This document shows positions 27,168 through 35,231 of a stretch of 55,559 bases of DNA, in pieces (within the stretch, counting starts at the first letter, position 1; each line of letters opens with the position of its first letter). A model generated the notes under the pieces. That model was not told where the DNA came from. It ran no database searches and was given only the letters and a program-made list of their open reading frames with translations. Origin of the DNA: Candidatus Alectryocaccomicrobium excrementavium (lineage in GTDB: Bacteria; Bacillota; Clostridia; Christensenellales; Aristaeellaceae); contig DVJN01000222.1 of NCBI GenBank assembly GCA_018716755.1, positions 1-55,559 of the forward strand, read 5' to 3'. The position numbers and the translations under genes were made by a program.

Positions 27168-30100
27168 ATGGATATGCCGCTGGAAAAAGCCTTCGCCGCG
27201 CCGCCGGATCTATGCCGGGGCACGGATTTCTGGATGCTGAACGACGCGTTGGATGAAGGCGAGCTGCGCCGCCAGCTGCGCGCCATGCGCAGCCAGGGCG
27301 TGGCCAGCGTGATCGCGCGCACCTACATCGGCCTGCGTTCGGATTATCCCGGCGCGGACTGGATGCAAAAAATGCGCGTTGTGGTAGACGAGGCCCGGCA
27401 ACTGGGCATGACGGTATTCATGCAGGCGGGTTATATGCCCGAGGCCGTTTTGAACCTGCCGCCCGAGTATTCGCTCGGCGATATCCGCTGCTATCCCGCC
27501 GGACATGGCGAGGGCGAACGGCTCGACAGCCACGGTGGCATCGACTATTGCCATGTCAAGAGTATGAGCATTCTCGATATGCTCTCGCCGGAGGCATGCG
27601 CCTTCTATGTGAAGCAGAGCTATGAAGACATGTGGAAGGATTTCAAGGAGGATTTTGGCAAAACCATCCTCTCCGTGTGGGTGGATGAGCCCAGCTTCCG
27701 CAAGGTCTCCCTGCCCTGGACAGACCGCCTGCCCGATACCTACGCAGCGCTGTGGGGCGAGGCGTTCCCCATGGATCAGCTGCACCTGCTGTTTGTGGAT
27801 GGCGAGGGCGACCGCCTCCTGCGCCTGCGGTATTGGCGCACGGTGCTCCATCTGATGAAAAACGCCTATTTTAAATCCGTGCGGGACTGGTGCAACGCAA
27901 ATGGCGTGTGGTTCAGCGGACATCTGATGGCGGAGGACACCATGGAATCCCAGATCAGCGCCACCTGCTTCACCATGCCCATGTACAAGTATTTCGACAT
28001 CCCGGGCATCGACTATCTCACCGCGCAAATGCACTGGGTGCATGGAGAAATCAAGCCCGAAAAGCCCTATAACCGGCAGTGGCCGGAATTCGCGGCCTAC
28101 ACCACGCCCCTGCAATGCTCTTCCGCCGCGCATCAGGCCGGACAGAATGTGGTGTTAGCGGAAATGTACGGCGTGAGCACGGAAAACCTGGGGCTGCGGG
28201 ACCAGAAGCAGATGTTCGATCATTTCGCTTCGCTGGGCATCAACCACCGCAGCGTGCACGGGCTGTTCTATTCGCTGCGCGGGCGCGGCAAGCGCGCCTA
28301 TCCGCCCCACGTGCACGATTATCAGCCCTATTGGCCCAAATACCATCTACTCACGGACGCGCTCGCACGCGAAAGCGCCTTTGTGCGCGCAGGCGTGCCA
28401 GTCAAAGACGTGCTGCTCCTGCACCCCATCGAAACCGGTTTCAGCCTGTATCACGGCGTGGGACCGGATGGTGCGCAACATAACGCGGCGCTTCAGCGGG
28501 AAGATCAGGCCTTTTCGCAGACAGTGCGCGCGCTCGTGGGCATGCAGGCAAATTTTGAAATGGGCGATGAAGATACCATCGCCGAGATGGGCGCCCTTTC
28601 GGCAGAAGGAAAGTTCGCCATCGGCCAGATGACCTATGGCACGGTAATCCTGCCTCGCATGGCCTTTATCCGCGAGAGTACGCTCGCGCTGCTAAAGGAA
28701 TTCCTGCGCGGCGGCGGAACCGTGCTGGCGCTGGACGGTTTCCCCGCCTGGACGGACGCGGGCCGGGCGCTGGATGCGGCGGACTTTGCCGGCGCAGCAT
28801 GTGTGAAGGGGTTCCGGCAATTGGCGGACGCTCTATCGCGCGTGCCCATGGCCTACCGCTTCGAAAAGCGCAACGACGATACGGGCGTGCAGATTTTCCT
28901 GCGCAGGGAGCAGGACAGCCTGCTCTTTTCCCTCACCAATGCGGATTGCCATCGCGGCGCCGCGGGCACGCTCGTTGTGCCCGGCGCGTATGGCTGCGAA
29001 CGATTCCAGGAACGGGATGGCTCCATCGCCGCCTGGCCGGCGTGGGCGCGCGGCGGCGAGACGTGCGTTCCCATAGATCTGCCCGAGGGCGGCTCCATGA
29101 TGTTGCGCCTGCGCCCCGGCGCTCCTCGCTCCGCACCCGCGCCGAAAACGCCCGTCGCGCACCTGGCGCTGAAAGGCGAATGGCGCATACGGCGCGAAAA
29201 TCCCAACGCACTGGTGCTGGAAATGTTCCGTTACGCGCGGGCGGGAGAGGCACTATCCGCCCAGGCCTTCCCGGTGCTGGCCATTCAGGATGTTCTGCTC
29301 CAGCAGGCATACGTGGGCGAAATCGAGCTGGAAGCGCGCTTTTGCCTGAAAGATGCCTTGCATGGCCTGCGCTTGGCCCTGGAAAGCCCGCGCCAGCAAC
29401 GGCTCTGGCTGGATGGAGCCCCCCTGCCCAATGCCCCGGATGGCAACTATATCACCTTCGCTTTTGAAACGCTCCCCCTGCCGCCGCTCGCAGCAGGCGA
29501 ACACACGCTCACCATCCGGCGGCACTTTGAGCCGTTGCGCAAGCCCACTTCCACGGTCACCTCGCTATTTGAAAACCTGGGCGGCGTGGAATTGGAACCC
29601 GTTTTGCTCACCGGCGATTTTGCGGCGCACTCTGCGCTGGAACCGGCCATTTCCGGCTGTGTGCGCATGAACGAAGATTTTGTGCTCGCAAAGGAAGCGG
29701 AACTGGGCGGCGAAGAAGCTGTCTGCCGGGGATATCCCTTTTACTGCGGCGTGATGGAATGGCAAACGGAATTCTCCCTGCCGGAAAGAGCGCAAAATCC
29801 CCGCCTGGCACTCGATGGCCTGTACGCCGCCGCCGCGGAGGTTTCCATAGACGGCATTGTACGCGGCGACCTGTGCTGGGCGCCCTATCGCGTTTTCCTC
29901 GGCGCTCTCGCGCCCGGGAAGCACGCGCTGCGCCTACGCCTGTTCGGCACGCTACGCAATTTGCTCGGCCCCTGGCACCGGCCCGTAGGCGAAGTTGGCG
30001 CATGCTGGGGCGGATACGACGCGCCCAACCTGCCATGGCTGGGGTTGGAAGCGCTGGAAACGGGAAAGCGCGAGCCCAACTGGTATCTGGACAGGATGCC

Positions 30101-30179
30101 CGACCGCGATGGCTGGACAGAATCGTACCTTTTGCTGCCCATGGGAATCGTGGGGGCGCGCGTGGAATGGGACGCTTGA
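27168..30179 (+). CDS. Large cytoplasmic glycoside hydrolase-like protein (GH106-like N-terminal barrel is my best guess), specificity unknown
   Basis: 1003 aa with RBS GGAAGGAGGG and no signal peptide. The N-terminus is GTDFWMLNDALDEGELRRQLRAMRSQGVASVIARTYIGLRSDYPGADWM, a pattern I associate with PxWxWN-type glycosidases. Confidence 0.55.
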   Translation: MDMPLEKAFAAPPDLCRGTDFWMLNDALDEGELRRQLRAMRSQGVASVIARTYIGLRSDYPGADWMQKMRVVVDEARQLGMTVFMQAGYMPEAVLNLPPEYSLGDIRCYPAGHGEGERLDSHGGIDYCHVKSMSILDMLSPEACAFYVKQSYEDMWKDFKEDFGKTILSVWVDEPSFRKVSLPWTDRLPDTYAALWGEAFPMDQLHLLFVDGEGDRLLRLRYWRTVLHLMKNAYFKSVRDWCNANGVWFSGHLMAEDTMESQISATCFTMPMYKYFDIPGIDYLTAQMHWVHGEIKPEKPYNRQWPEFAAYTTPLQCSSAAHQAGQNVVLAEMYGVSTENLGLRDQKQMFDHFASLGINHRSVHGLFYSLRGRGKRAYPPHVHDYQPYWPKYHLLTDALARESAFVRAGVPVKDVLLLHPIETGFSLYHGVGPDGAQHNAALQREDQAFSQTVRALVGMQANFEMGDEDTIAEMGALSAEGKFAIGQMTYGTVILPRMAFIRESTLALLKEFLRGGGTVLALDGFPAWTDAGRALDAADFAGAACVKGFRQLADALSRVPMAYRFEKRNDDTGVQIFLRREQDSLLFSLTNADCHRGAAGTLVVPGAYGCERFQERDGSIAAWPAWARGGETCVPIDLPEGGSMMLRLRPGAPRSAPAPKTPVAHLALKGEWRIRRENPNALVLEMFRYARAGEALSAQAFPVLAIQDVLLQQAYVGEIELEARFCLKDALHGLRLALESPRQQRLWLDGAPLPNAPDGNYITFAFETLPLPPLAAGEHTLTIRRHFEPLRKPTSTVTSLFENLGGVELEPVLLTGDFAAHSALEPAISGCVRMNEDFVLAKEAELGGEEAVCRGYPFYCGVMEWQTEFSLPERAQNPRLALDGLYAAAAEVSIDGIVRGDLCWAPYRVFLGALAPGKHALRLRLFGTLRNLLGPWHRPVGEVGACWGGYDAPNLPWLGLEALETGKREPNWYLDRMPDRDGWTESYLLLPMGIVGARVEWDA

Positions 30180-30307
30180 TTTCCGAAACCCCGCTGCTCG
30201 CCGGGCAAAGCGCGTAAATTGTGGAAGCCCGCTGCCTTCCGCAAAGAAACGCGGAGCCCGGCTGCCCTTCTCTGCCAGCGCAATGGGAAAAACGGCAAAT
30301 TGCGCAT

Positions 30308-30336
30308 TTGACAAGCGCCGCGCCACACGCTATAAT
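30308..30336 (+). promoter_or_regulatory. Consensus sigma-A promoter of csoR (TTGACA-N17-TATAAT)
   Basis: TTGACA at 30308-30313, an exact 17-nt spacer, and TATAAT at 30331-30336. The ATG is 37 nt downstream, with AAGGAG between. Confidence 0.65.
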
Positions 30337-30372
30337 GCTGATATACCCTCTTGCGCAAAGGAGAACGCGAGC

Positions 30373-30648
30373 ATGAAACAATGTATGGACGCTGCCAACC
30401 TGCACCGCAGGCTGAAAAAAATCGTCGGACAAGTGCAGGCCATCGACCGCATGGTGGATGAAGATGTGCCCTGCGAAGACATCCTGTCCCAGATCAACGC
30501 GGCGAAATCCGCGCTGAACCGCGTTGGGCAGATTGTGCTGGAAGGACATATCCAGCACTGCGTGCGCGATGGCCTGGAGCACGGCGACGCGGACAAGACC
30601 ATAGAGCAATTTACCAAAGCAGTGGAGCGGTTTGCCAACATGCAGTGA
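30373..30648 (+). CDS. csoR: CsoR/RcnR/FrmR-family metal-sensing repressor, CsoR-type (x-C-H-C fingerprint)
   Basis: 91 aa: MKQCMDAANLHRRLKKIVGQVQAIDRMVDEDVPCEDILSQINAAKSALNRVGQIVLEGHIQHCV... The motifs are family-typical (RLKRIxGQ-like, Cys34, and His59-x3-Cys63). Confidence 0.85.
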   Translation: MKQCMDAANLHRRLKKIVGQVQAIDRMVDEDVPCEDILSQINAAKSALNRVGQIVLEGHIQHCVRDGLEHGDADKTIEQFTKAVERFANMQ

Positions 30649-30686
30649 GGCAAATTGGAAAATTTCCCCAAATTCTCTTGCAGGCA

Positions 30687-30715
30687 TTGACAAACACCGC
30701 AGGGATGGTTATACT
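30687..30715 (+). promoter_or_regulatory. Promoter of the riboswitch-controlled corrinoid transport operon (TTGACA-N17-TATACT)
   Basis: TTGACA at 30687-30692, an exact 17-nt spacer, and TATACT at 30710-30715. Confidence 0.6.
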
Positions 30716-30732
30716 GTTTTTATACATTCACC

Positions 30733-30908
30733 GCGCGTTGGTGTGCGCATGGCTTTCCATGCGCGTGAAAAGGGAAGCGGGTGTAAATCCCGCACAGGAC
30801 CGCTACTGTGATTGCTTCGGGCACGGCCCGATCGTTCCGCCACAGTCCACCGGGTTTCGGGAAGGGCGCGGAGCTATACGCATCAGTCAGGAGACCTGCC
30901 AACAGCGC
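30733..30908 (+). promoter_or_regulatory. Cobalamin (B12) riboswitch aptamer
   Basis: The conserved core is GAAAAGGGAAGCGGGTGTAAATCCCGCACAGGACCGCTACTGTGA. A P2-like hairpin GCGCATGG-CTTTCC-ATGCGC is present. The B12 box is AGTCAGGAGACCTGCC at about 30886-30901. P1 pairs GTTGG with CCAAC. It lies upstream of a BtuFCD-like operon. Confidence 0.9.
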
Positions 30909-30983
30909 TTTGGAACATCCCTCGGCATCAGGGGCATTCCATTCGCGCGCCCGGCAAATCCGGGTGCAGGTATGTTTCTGTTG

Positions 30984-31013
30984 CCCGCGTCCATGGAAAA
31001 TGGCGCGGGTTTT
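30984..31013 (+). terminator. Riboswitch expression-platform terminator
   Basis: CCCGCG-T-CCAT / ATGG-CGCGGG stem followed by TTTTG. It lies between the aptamer and the first gene. Confidence 0.6.
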
Positions 31014-31099
31014 GCATTGCCGTGGGTTTACACCGCCATATCGGGCCTTTGTGCCCGATGGGAATACGCGGCAATGCCGCACAAGGAGGTTTTCCAACC

Positions 31100-31996
31100 A
31101 TGAAAAAAACCCTGGCCCTTTTTCTCGCCCTGGCGCTCATGCTCTGCGGCGCGGCCATGGCCGAAACCGTTTATCCCTATACGGTGACGGACATGGGCGG
31201 CAACGAAATCACCATCGAAGAGCAGCCCACCGTGGTGGTCTCCCTCACGCCGAGCAACACGGAAGTGCTCTATGCACTGGGCGCGGGCGCGCTTGTGAAG
31301 GGCGTGGATTCCTACTCCAACTATCCGGCGGAAGCGGCGGAAAACGCGACGATCGTCGGCAGCTATGCAGACACGGACATTGAAGCCGTTCTGGCCCTGG
31401 AGCCGGACGTCGTGTTCGCCGGCGCCGGCACGCTGCAGGAAGAAGCGCGCGCCCAGCTGGCCGATGCGGGCGTAGTCGTTGTGGAATCGGAAGCCATGGA
31501 TTATGCCTCCATTCCCGCCAGCATCCAACTGGTCGCCGGTATTCTGAATATCGACGCGCAACCGCTGCTCACCGAAATGAGCGATAAGGAAGCCGCGCTG
31601 CTCGAATCCGCGCCCGAAGCGGGTTCCTGCACCGTGTATTTCGCCCTCTCTTTTGGCGAGTATGGCGAATGGAGCGCTGGCCCCGGCACCTTTATCGACA
31701 CCATGATTACCATGGCCGGCGGCACGAACATCATGAACGATCCGGAAAATCCCTGGCCGAACCCCTCGCTCGAGAGCATTCTGGAAGCCGACCCGGATGT
31801 TATCCTCGTTTCCGGCGGCGATGAAATGGCCCAGCTTTTGCTGGAAGGCGACGCCTATCAGGATCTGACCGCCGTTCAAAACGGGCATGTTTATGGCGTG
31901 GACGCGGATATGTCCAACCGGCCCGGCCCGCGCATCGTGGATTCGCTCGGCGAATTTGTGGCCGCGATCAACGACGCGCTCGCGGCGGAAGAATAA
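31100..31996 (+). CDS. ABC transporter substrate-binding protein, cobalamin/siderophore (BtuF/FhuD cluster A) type
   Basis: Trimmed to MKKTLALFLALALMLCGAAMA (signal peptide), after AAGGAGG. The motifs SLTPSNTEVLYALGAG and the C-terminal PGPRIVDSLGEF are typical of BtuF-like PBPs. Confidence 0.85.
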   Translation: MKKTLALFLALALMLCGAAMAETVYPYTVTDMGGNEITIEEQPTVVVSLTPSNTEVLYALGAGALVKGVDSYSNYPAEAAENATIVGSYADTDIEAVLALEPDVVFAGAGTLQEEARAQLADAGVVVVESEAMDYASIPASIQLVAGILNIDAQPLLTEMSDKEAALLESAPEAGSCTVYFALSFGEYGEWSAGPGTFIDTMITMAGGTNIMNDPENPWPNPSLESILEADPDVILVSGGDEMAQLLLEGDAYQDLTAVQNGHVYGVDADMSNRPGPRIVDSLGEFVAAINDALAAEE

Positions 31997-32080
31997 ATTC
32001 CTTTCGCGGCGAATCTTTCAGCGGCCGCGCGGGGCGCAAACCGCTCCGCGCGGCCGCCATTTTGCGAAAGGAGCATCGGT

Positions 32081-33136
32081 GTGCAAAAGACGTATCGTTT
32101 CGGGGGAAAGTCCTTCCCGGCGTTCTCCGCCGCGCTGGCCATCGCCTCCGTGGTTTTGCTCATCGCGCTATGCATGTTTGGCAGCGCGCGCCTGAGCATG
32201 GAAGAAGTCGTGCGCGGCGCGCTCAACCGGTATTTCGCCATTGGCGAAAAATCCGGCAACGATGGCGCCATCGTCAATCTGCGGCTTATGCGCACGCTCA
32301 TGGCCTATGTCACCGGCGCGGCGCTCTCCGTTTCCGGCGCGTGCATGCAAGCGGTGTTTGGCAACCCCATGGCGGAGCCGCATGTGCTGGGCGTTTCCTC
32401 CGGTGCGGCGCTGGGCGCGGCCATCGCCACGGTGTTTGGCCTGGAAGCCACCAATCTGGGGCTGAGCGCGCTCAGCCTATGCGCCTTTGGCGGCGCCATT
32501 TTTGCGGCGGCAGCGGTACTGGCGCTCTCCCGCATCGATGGCCGCACGGGCACCGCTTCTCTGCTGCTGGCTGGCGTCGCCATGGGCGCGTTCCTTTCCG
32601 CCATGCTTTCAGGATTGCTGGCGCTCAACCGGGAAAAGGCGGATTCCGTTTATATGTGGACGATGGGCAGCTTCGCCGCCGCAAGCTGGAGCAAGCTCCG
32701 CCTGGCCGCTCCCGTTACCGCGCTGGGTTGCCTGATTTCTACTCTGTACGCGCGCGATTTAAACCTTATGCTTGCTGGTGAATCCGACGCCTACACGCTC
32801 GGGCTCAACGTGCGGCGCACGCGCATTTTAACGCTGCTGTTGTCCACCCTCATGACCGCAACCGTGGTTTCCATGACCGGCGTCATCGGCTTTGTCGGCC
32901 TGATGGTGCCGCACGTCGCGCGCCTGCTGGTCGGCCCGGATCACCGCCGCTTGCTGCCCGCGTGCGCGCTGATGGGCGGAATCTATCTCATGTGCATGGA
33001 CACGCTGGCCCGCTCGCTGTTTTCCAGCGAAATCCCCGTGGGCGTGCTCACCTCGCTCGTCGGCGGGCCATTCTTTCTGTTCATGCTGCGCAAATCGCGC
33101 GGCGCGCGGCTCCGGCGGAGGAGGAAACGGGCATGA
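32081..33136 (+). CDS. FecCD/BtuC-family ABC transporter permease
   Basis: 351 aa with a GTG start. Typical motifs include GAALSVSGACMQAVFGNPMAEPHVLGVSSGAALGAA and IGFVGLMVPHVARLLVG. Confidence 0.9.
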   Translation: MQKTYRFGGKSFPAFSAALAIASVVLLIALCMFGSARLSMEEVVRGALNRYFAIGEKSGNDGAIVNLRLMRTLMAYVTGAALSVSGACMQAVFGNPMAEPHVLGVSSGAALGAAIATVFGLEATNLGLSALSLCAFGGAIFAAAAVLALSRIDGRTGTASLLLAGVAMGAFLSAMLSGLLALNREKADSVYMWTMGSFAAASWSKLRLAAPVTALGCLISTLYARDLNLMLAGESDAYTLGLNVRRTRILTLLLSTLMTATVVSMTGVIGFVGLMVPHVARLLVGPDHRRLLPACALMGGIYLMCMDTLARSLFSSEIPVGVLTSLVGGPFFLFMLRKSRGARLRRRRKRA

Positions 33137-33903
33137 TCGAAATCCAGCATGTATCCTTTGGTTACGCAGAGGATGTGACCATTTTAAAAGACGTTTCCGC
33201 GCGCTTTCTGCCCGGCCGTGTGGCGGGTGTCATCGGGCCGAACGGCTCGGGCAAAACCACGCTTTTCCGCCTGATTGCCGGCCTGGAAACGCCTGATGCG
33301 GGTACCATCACTTTGAATGGCGCCCCCATACGCAGCCTGCCGCCCAAAGCCCTGGCGCGCCAGCTGGCTGTGGTGCCGCAAAGCGCGCACATGGACTTTG
33401 ATTTCACCGTGCGCGATATCGTGATGATGGGGCGGCACGCGCACATTCCCCGTTTCCACCATCCAGGCACGCACGATGTGGAGGCCTGCGAACATGCCAT
33501 GCGCGAAACCGGAGTATCCGCTTTTGCGGATAAATTCGTCACCGGCCTGAGCGGCGGTGAATGGCAACGCGTGCTCATCGCGCGCGCGCTGTGCCAGGAG
33601 GCGGGAGCACTCCTGCTGGACGAGCCGGTTTCCAACCTGGATTTGCAATACCAGCTTTCCACGCTGCGCCTGATGCGCGCGCTGGCGCGGGAAAAAAATG
33701 CCTGCGTCGTATGTATCCTGCATACGCTCAACCTAGCAGCGCACTATTGCGACGACGTTCTTTTGCTCTGGCATGGCGCCGTTTATAAGAGCGGCACGCC
33801 GGAGGAAGTCATCACGCCCGCGACGCTGCGGGAAGTGTATGGCGTGGAAGCTACTGCCTGTCCGCTCCCGGGCGGCAAAACGGAAGTGGTTCCGCTCTAT
33901 TGA
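33133..33903 (+). CDS. ABC transporter ATP-binding protein (BtuD/FepC-like)
   Basis: Its ATGA overlaps the permease stop. Walker A is GPNGSGKTT, the signature is LSGGEWQRV, and Walker B is LLLDEP. Confidence 0.9.
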   Translation: MIEIQHVSFGYAEDVTILKDVSARFLPGRVAGVIGPNGSGKTTLFRLIAGLETPDAGTITLNGAPIRSLPPKALARQLAVVPQSAHMDFDFTVRDIVMMGRHAHIPRFHHPGTHDVEACEHAMRETGVSAFADKFVTGLSGGEWQRVLIARALCQEAGALLLDEPVSNLDLQYQLSTLRLMRALAREKNACVVCILHTLNLAAHYCDDVLLLWHGAVYKSGTPEEVITPATLREVYGVEATACPLPGGKTEVVPLY

Positions 33904-33936
33904 GCCTCCAGTATCCTGCCCGTCACAATTAACCGC

Positions 33937-33963
33937 GCCCGGCTTGATTGGCCGGGCTTTTCT
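33937..33963 (+). terminator. Intrinsic terminator after the corrinoid ABC operon
   Basis: GCCCGGC (33937-33943) / GCCGGGC (33951-33957) followed by TTTTCT. Confidence 0.5.
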
Positions 33964-34008
33964 ATGCTACACTGGGCGGGAAAATACTGCGCGTGGGAGC
34001 GACAAACG

Positions 34009-35133
34009 ATGAAAATTTCCAAAAAAGACGCCCTGATGTGGATGGAGTTCTTCGCCTGCCTGCCGGAAGACGAAGAGCTTTTGCCACGCCAACAGGAAAT
34101 CGCCCTGGCGGTGCTATCGCAAATCGAAGCCGCGGTGGACGCGCGCGTCAACGCGTTGCGACGCGTCATTCCCGGCCTGAAAAGCCTCTGCGGCCGTACA
34201 GATTATGTAGGGCCGGACGCAAAATTCCCGCCAGGTTGCCGTTCGTGCCTGCTGGGCACCGGCCTGAGCGCCATCCGCAAAACCAACCGCTGCAACGCCC
34301 AATGCAAATTCTGCTACGATTATGGCGTGCTCGACCGCATCGCGCCCATCGGAGAAGGGTATTGGGAGATTGGAGGCAGCAAGTTCCGCGAAGAGGATCT
34401 GGATCTTCTGCTCGCCATCCATCAGAAACCCACGGGAATTTCCTATGTGTATCTGGAACCTTTCATGGAAATCGAAGTCTACTACGGCGTCATCGCCAGG
34501 TTCCACGCGGCCGGCATCCACCAGCACATGTACACCAACGGCATCCTGGCCAACGAGGAAAATCTGCGCGCGCTGGCACAGGCCGGGCTGGATGAGTTGC
34601 GCTTCAATCTGGGCGCGACGAATTGCGCAGATCGCGTAATCGAAGCCATGGCCATCGCCAAAAAATACCTTCCACGCGTAGGCATCGAAACGCCCATGAC
34701 GCCGGAATTCTTTGAAACCTTCTTCCGCAAAAAAGAGGCGATTCTGGCAACCGGCCTGGATTCCATCAACTGTGCGGAGCTGCACCTTAACGAAAACAAC
34801 CTGGGCAATTACGCTGGCGAACCGCTCTACATGCACCGGCAGGGATACATATCCCCCATCTGGAGCCACGAACTTACGCTGCAATTCCTGCGCCGCGCTG
34901 CCGAAGAAGGCTGGGACGTGGCCGTGCACGATTGTTGCAACCACACAAAGTTTGCCCGCGACCTGAACCTGCGCGCCAAAGAAGGCGGCTGGTTCGGTTC
35001 AAGCGCTTACGCGTGCGAATTTCCACGCCTGCCCTACGCAGCGTTTTTGCCCGTGCTGCGCGATGAAAATTTTTCTTTTCTGGAAGAAGAACCCCTGCCG
35101 GAAGGCTACCGCCCTGGCGATATTGTGCTCTGA
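34009..35133 (+). CDS. Radical SAM domain protein of unknown function (PflA-like, COG2108-like)
   Basis: Trimmed to MKISKKDALMW, after GGGAG. The canonical CX3CX2C is IRKTNRCNAQCKFCY. An extra upstream cysteine pair is PPGCRSCLLG. TIM-barrel-like repeats follow (YLEPFMEIE, MYTNG, LRFNL). Confidence 0.7.
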   Translation: MKISKKDALMWMEFFACLPEDEELLPRQQEIALAVLSQIEAAVDARVNALRRVIPGLKSLCGRTDYVGPDAKFPPGCRSCLLGTGLSAIRKTNRCNAQCKFCYDYGVLDRIAPIGEGYWEIGGSKFREEDLDLLLAIHQKPTGISYVYLEPFMEIEVYYGVIARFHAAGIHQHMYTNGILANEENLRALAQAGLDELRFNLGATNCADRVIEAMAIAKKYLPRVGIETPMTPEFFETFFRKKEAILATGLDSINCAELHLNENNLGNYAGEPLYMHRQGYISPIWSHELTLQFLRRAAEEGWDVAVHDCCNHTKFARDLNLRAKEGGWFGSSAYACEFPRLPYAAFLPVLRDENFSFLEEEPLPEGYRPGDIVL

Positions 35134-35183
35134 CAGGATGTGCAATGCACAAAAGTGCCCATAAATTTCCCCGCACCAAAATT

Positions 35184-35213
35184 TCGGCCCGAAAGCAAAT
35201 GCTTTCGGGCCGA
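35184..35213. terminator. Bidirectional terminator between the convergent radical SAM and msmK genes
   Basis: A perfect 13-bp stem TCGGCCCGAAAGC / GCTTTCGGGCCGA with loop AAAT. AAAATT lies upstream and CTTTTG downstream. Confidence 0.7.
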
Positions 35214-35231
35214 GAGCTTTTGTAGATTCTC

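Noticed and set aside
30337-30372. I looked for a CsoR operator palindrome between the csoR promoter and its start codon.
   Set aside because: Only one half-site-like ATATACCC is present, and no matching GGGTAT(AT) arm lies within 30 nt. I cannot call an operator.
33904-34008. I considered whether the radical SAM gene is the fourth gene of the B12-riboswitch operon.
   Set aside because: A hairpin plus T-run (33937-33963) follows the ATPase gene, and the radical SAM gene has its own SD after a 105-nt gap. No cobalamin-binding motif is visible in the protein. The link is kept only as a weak hypothesis.
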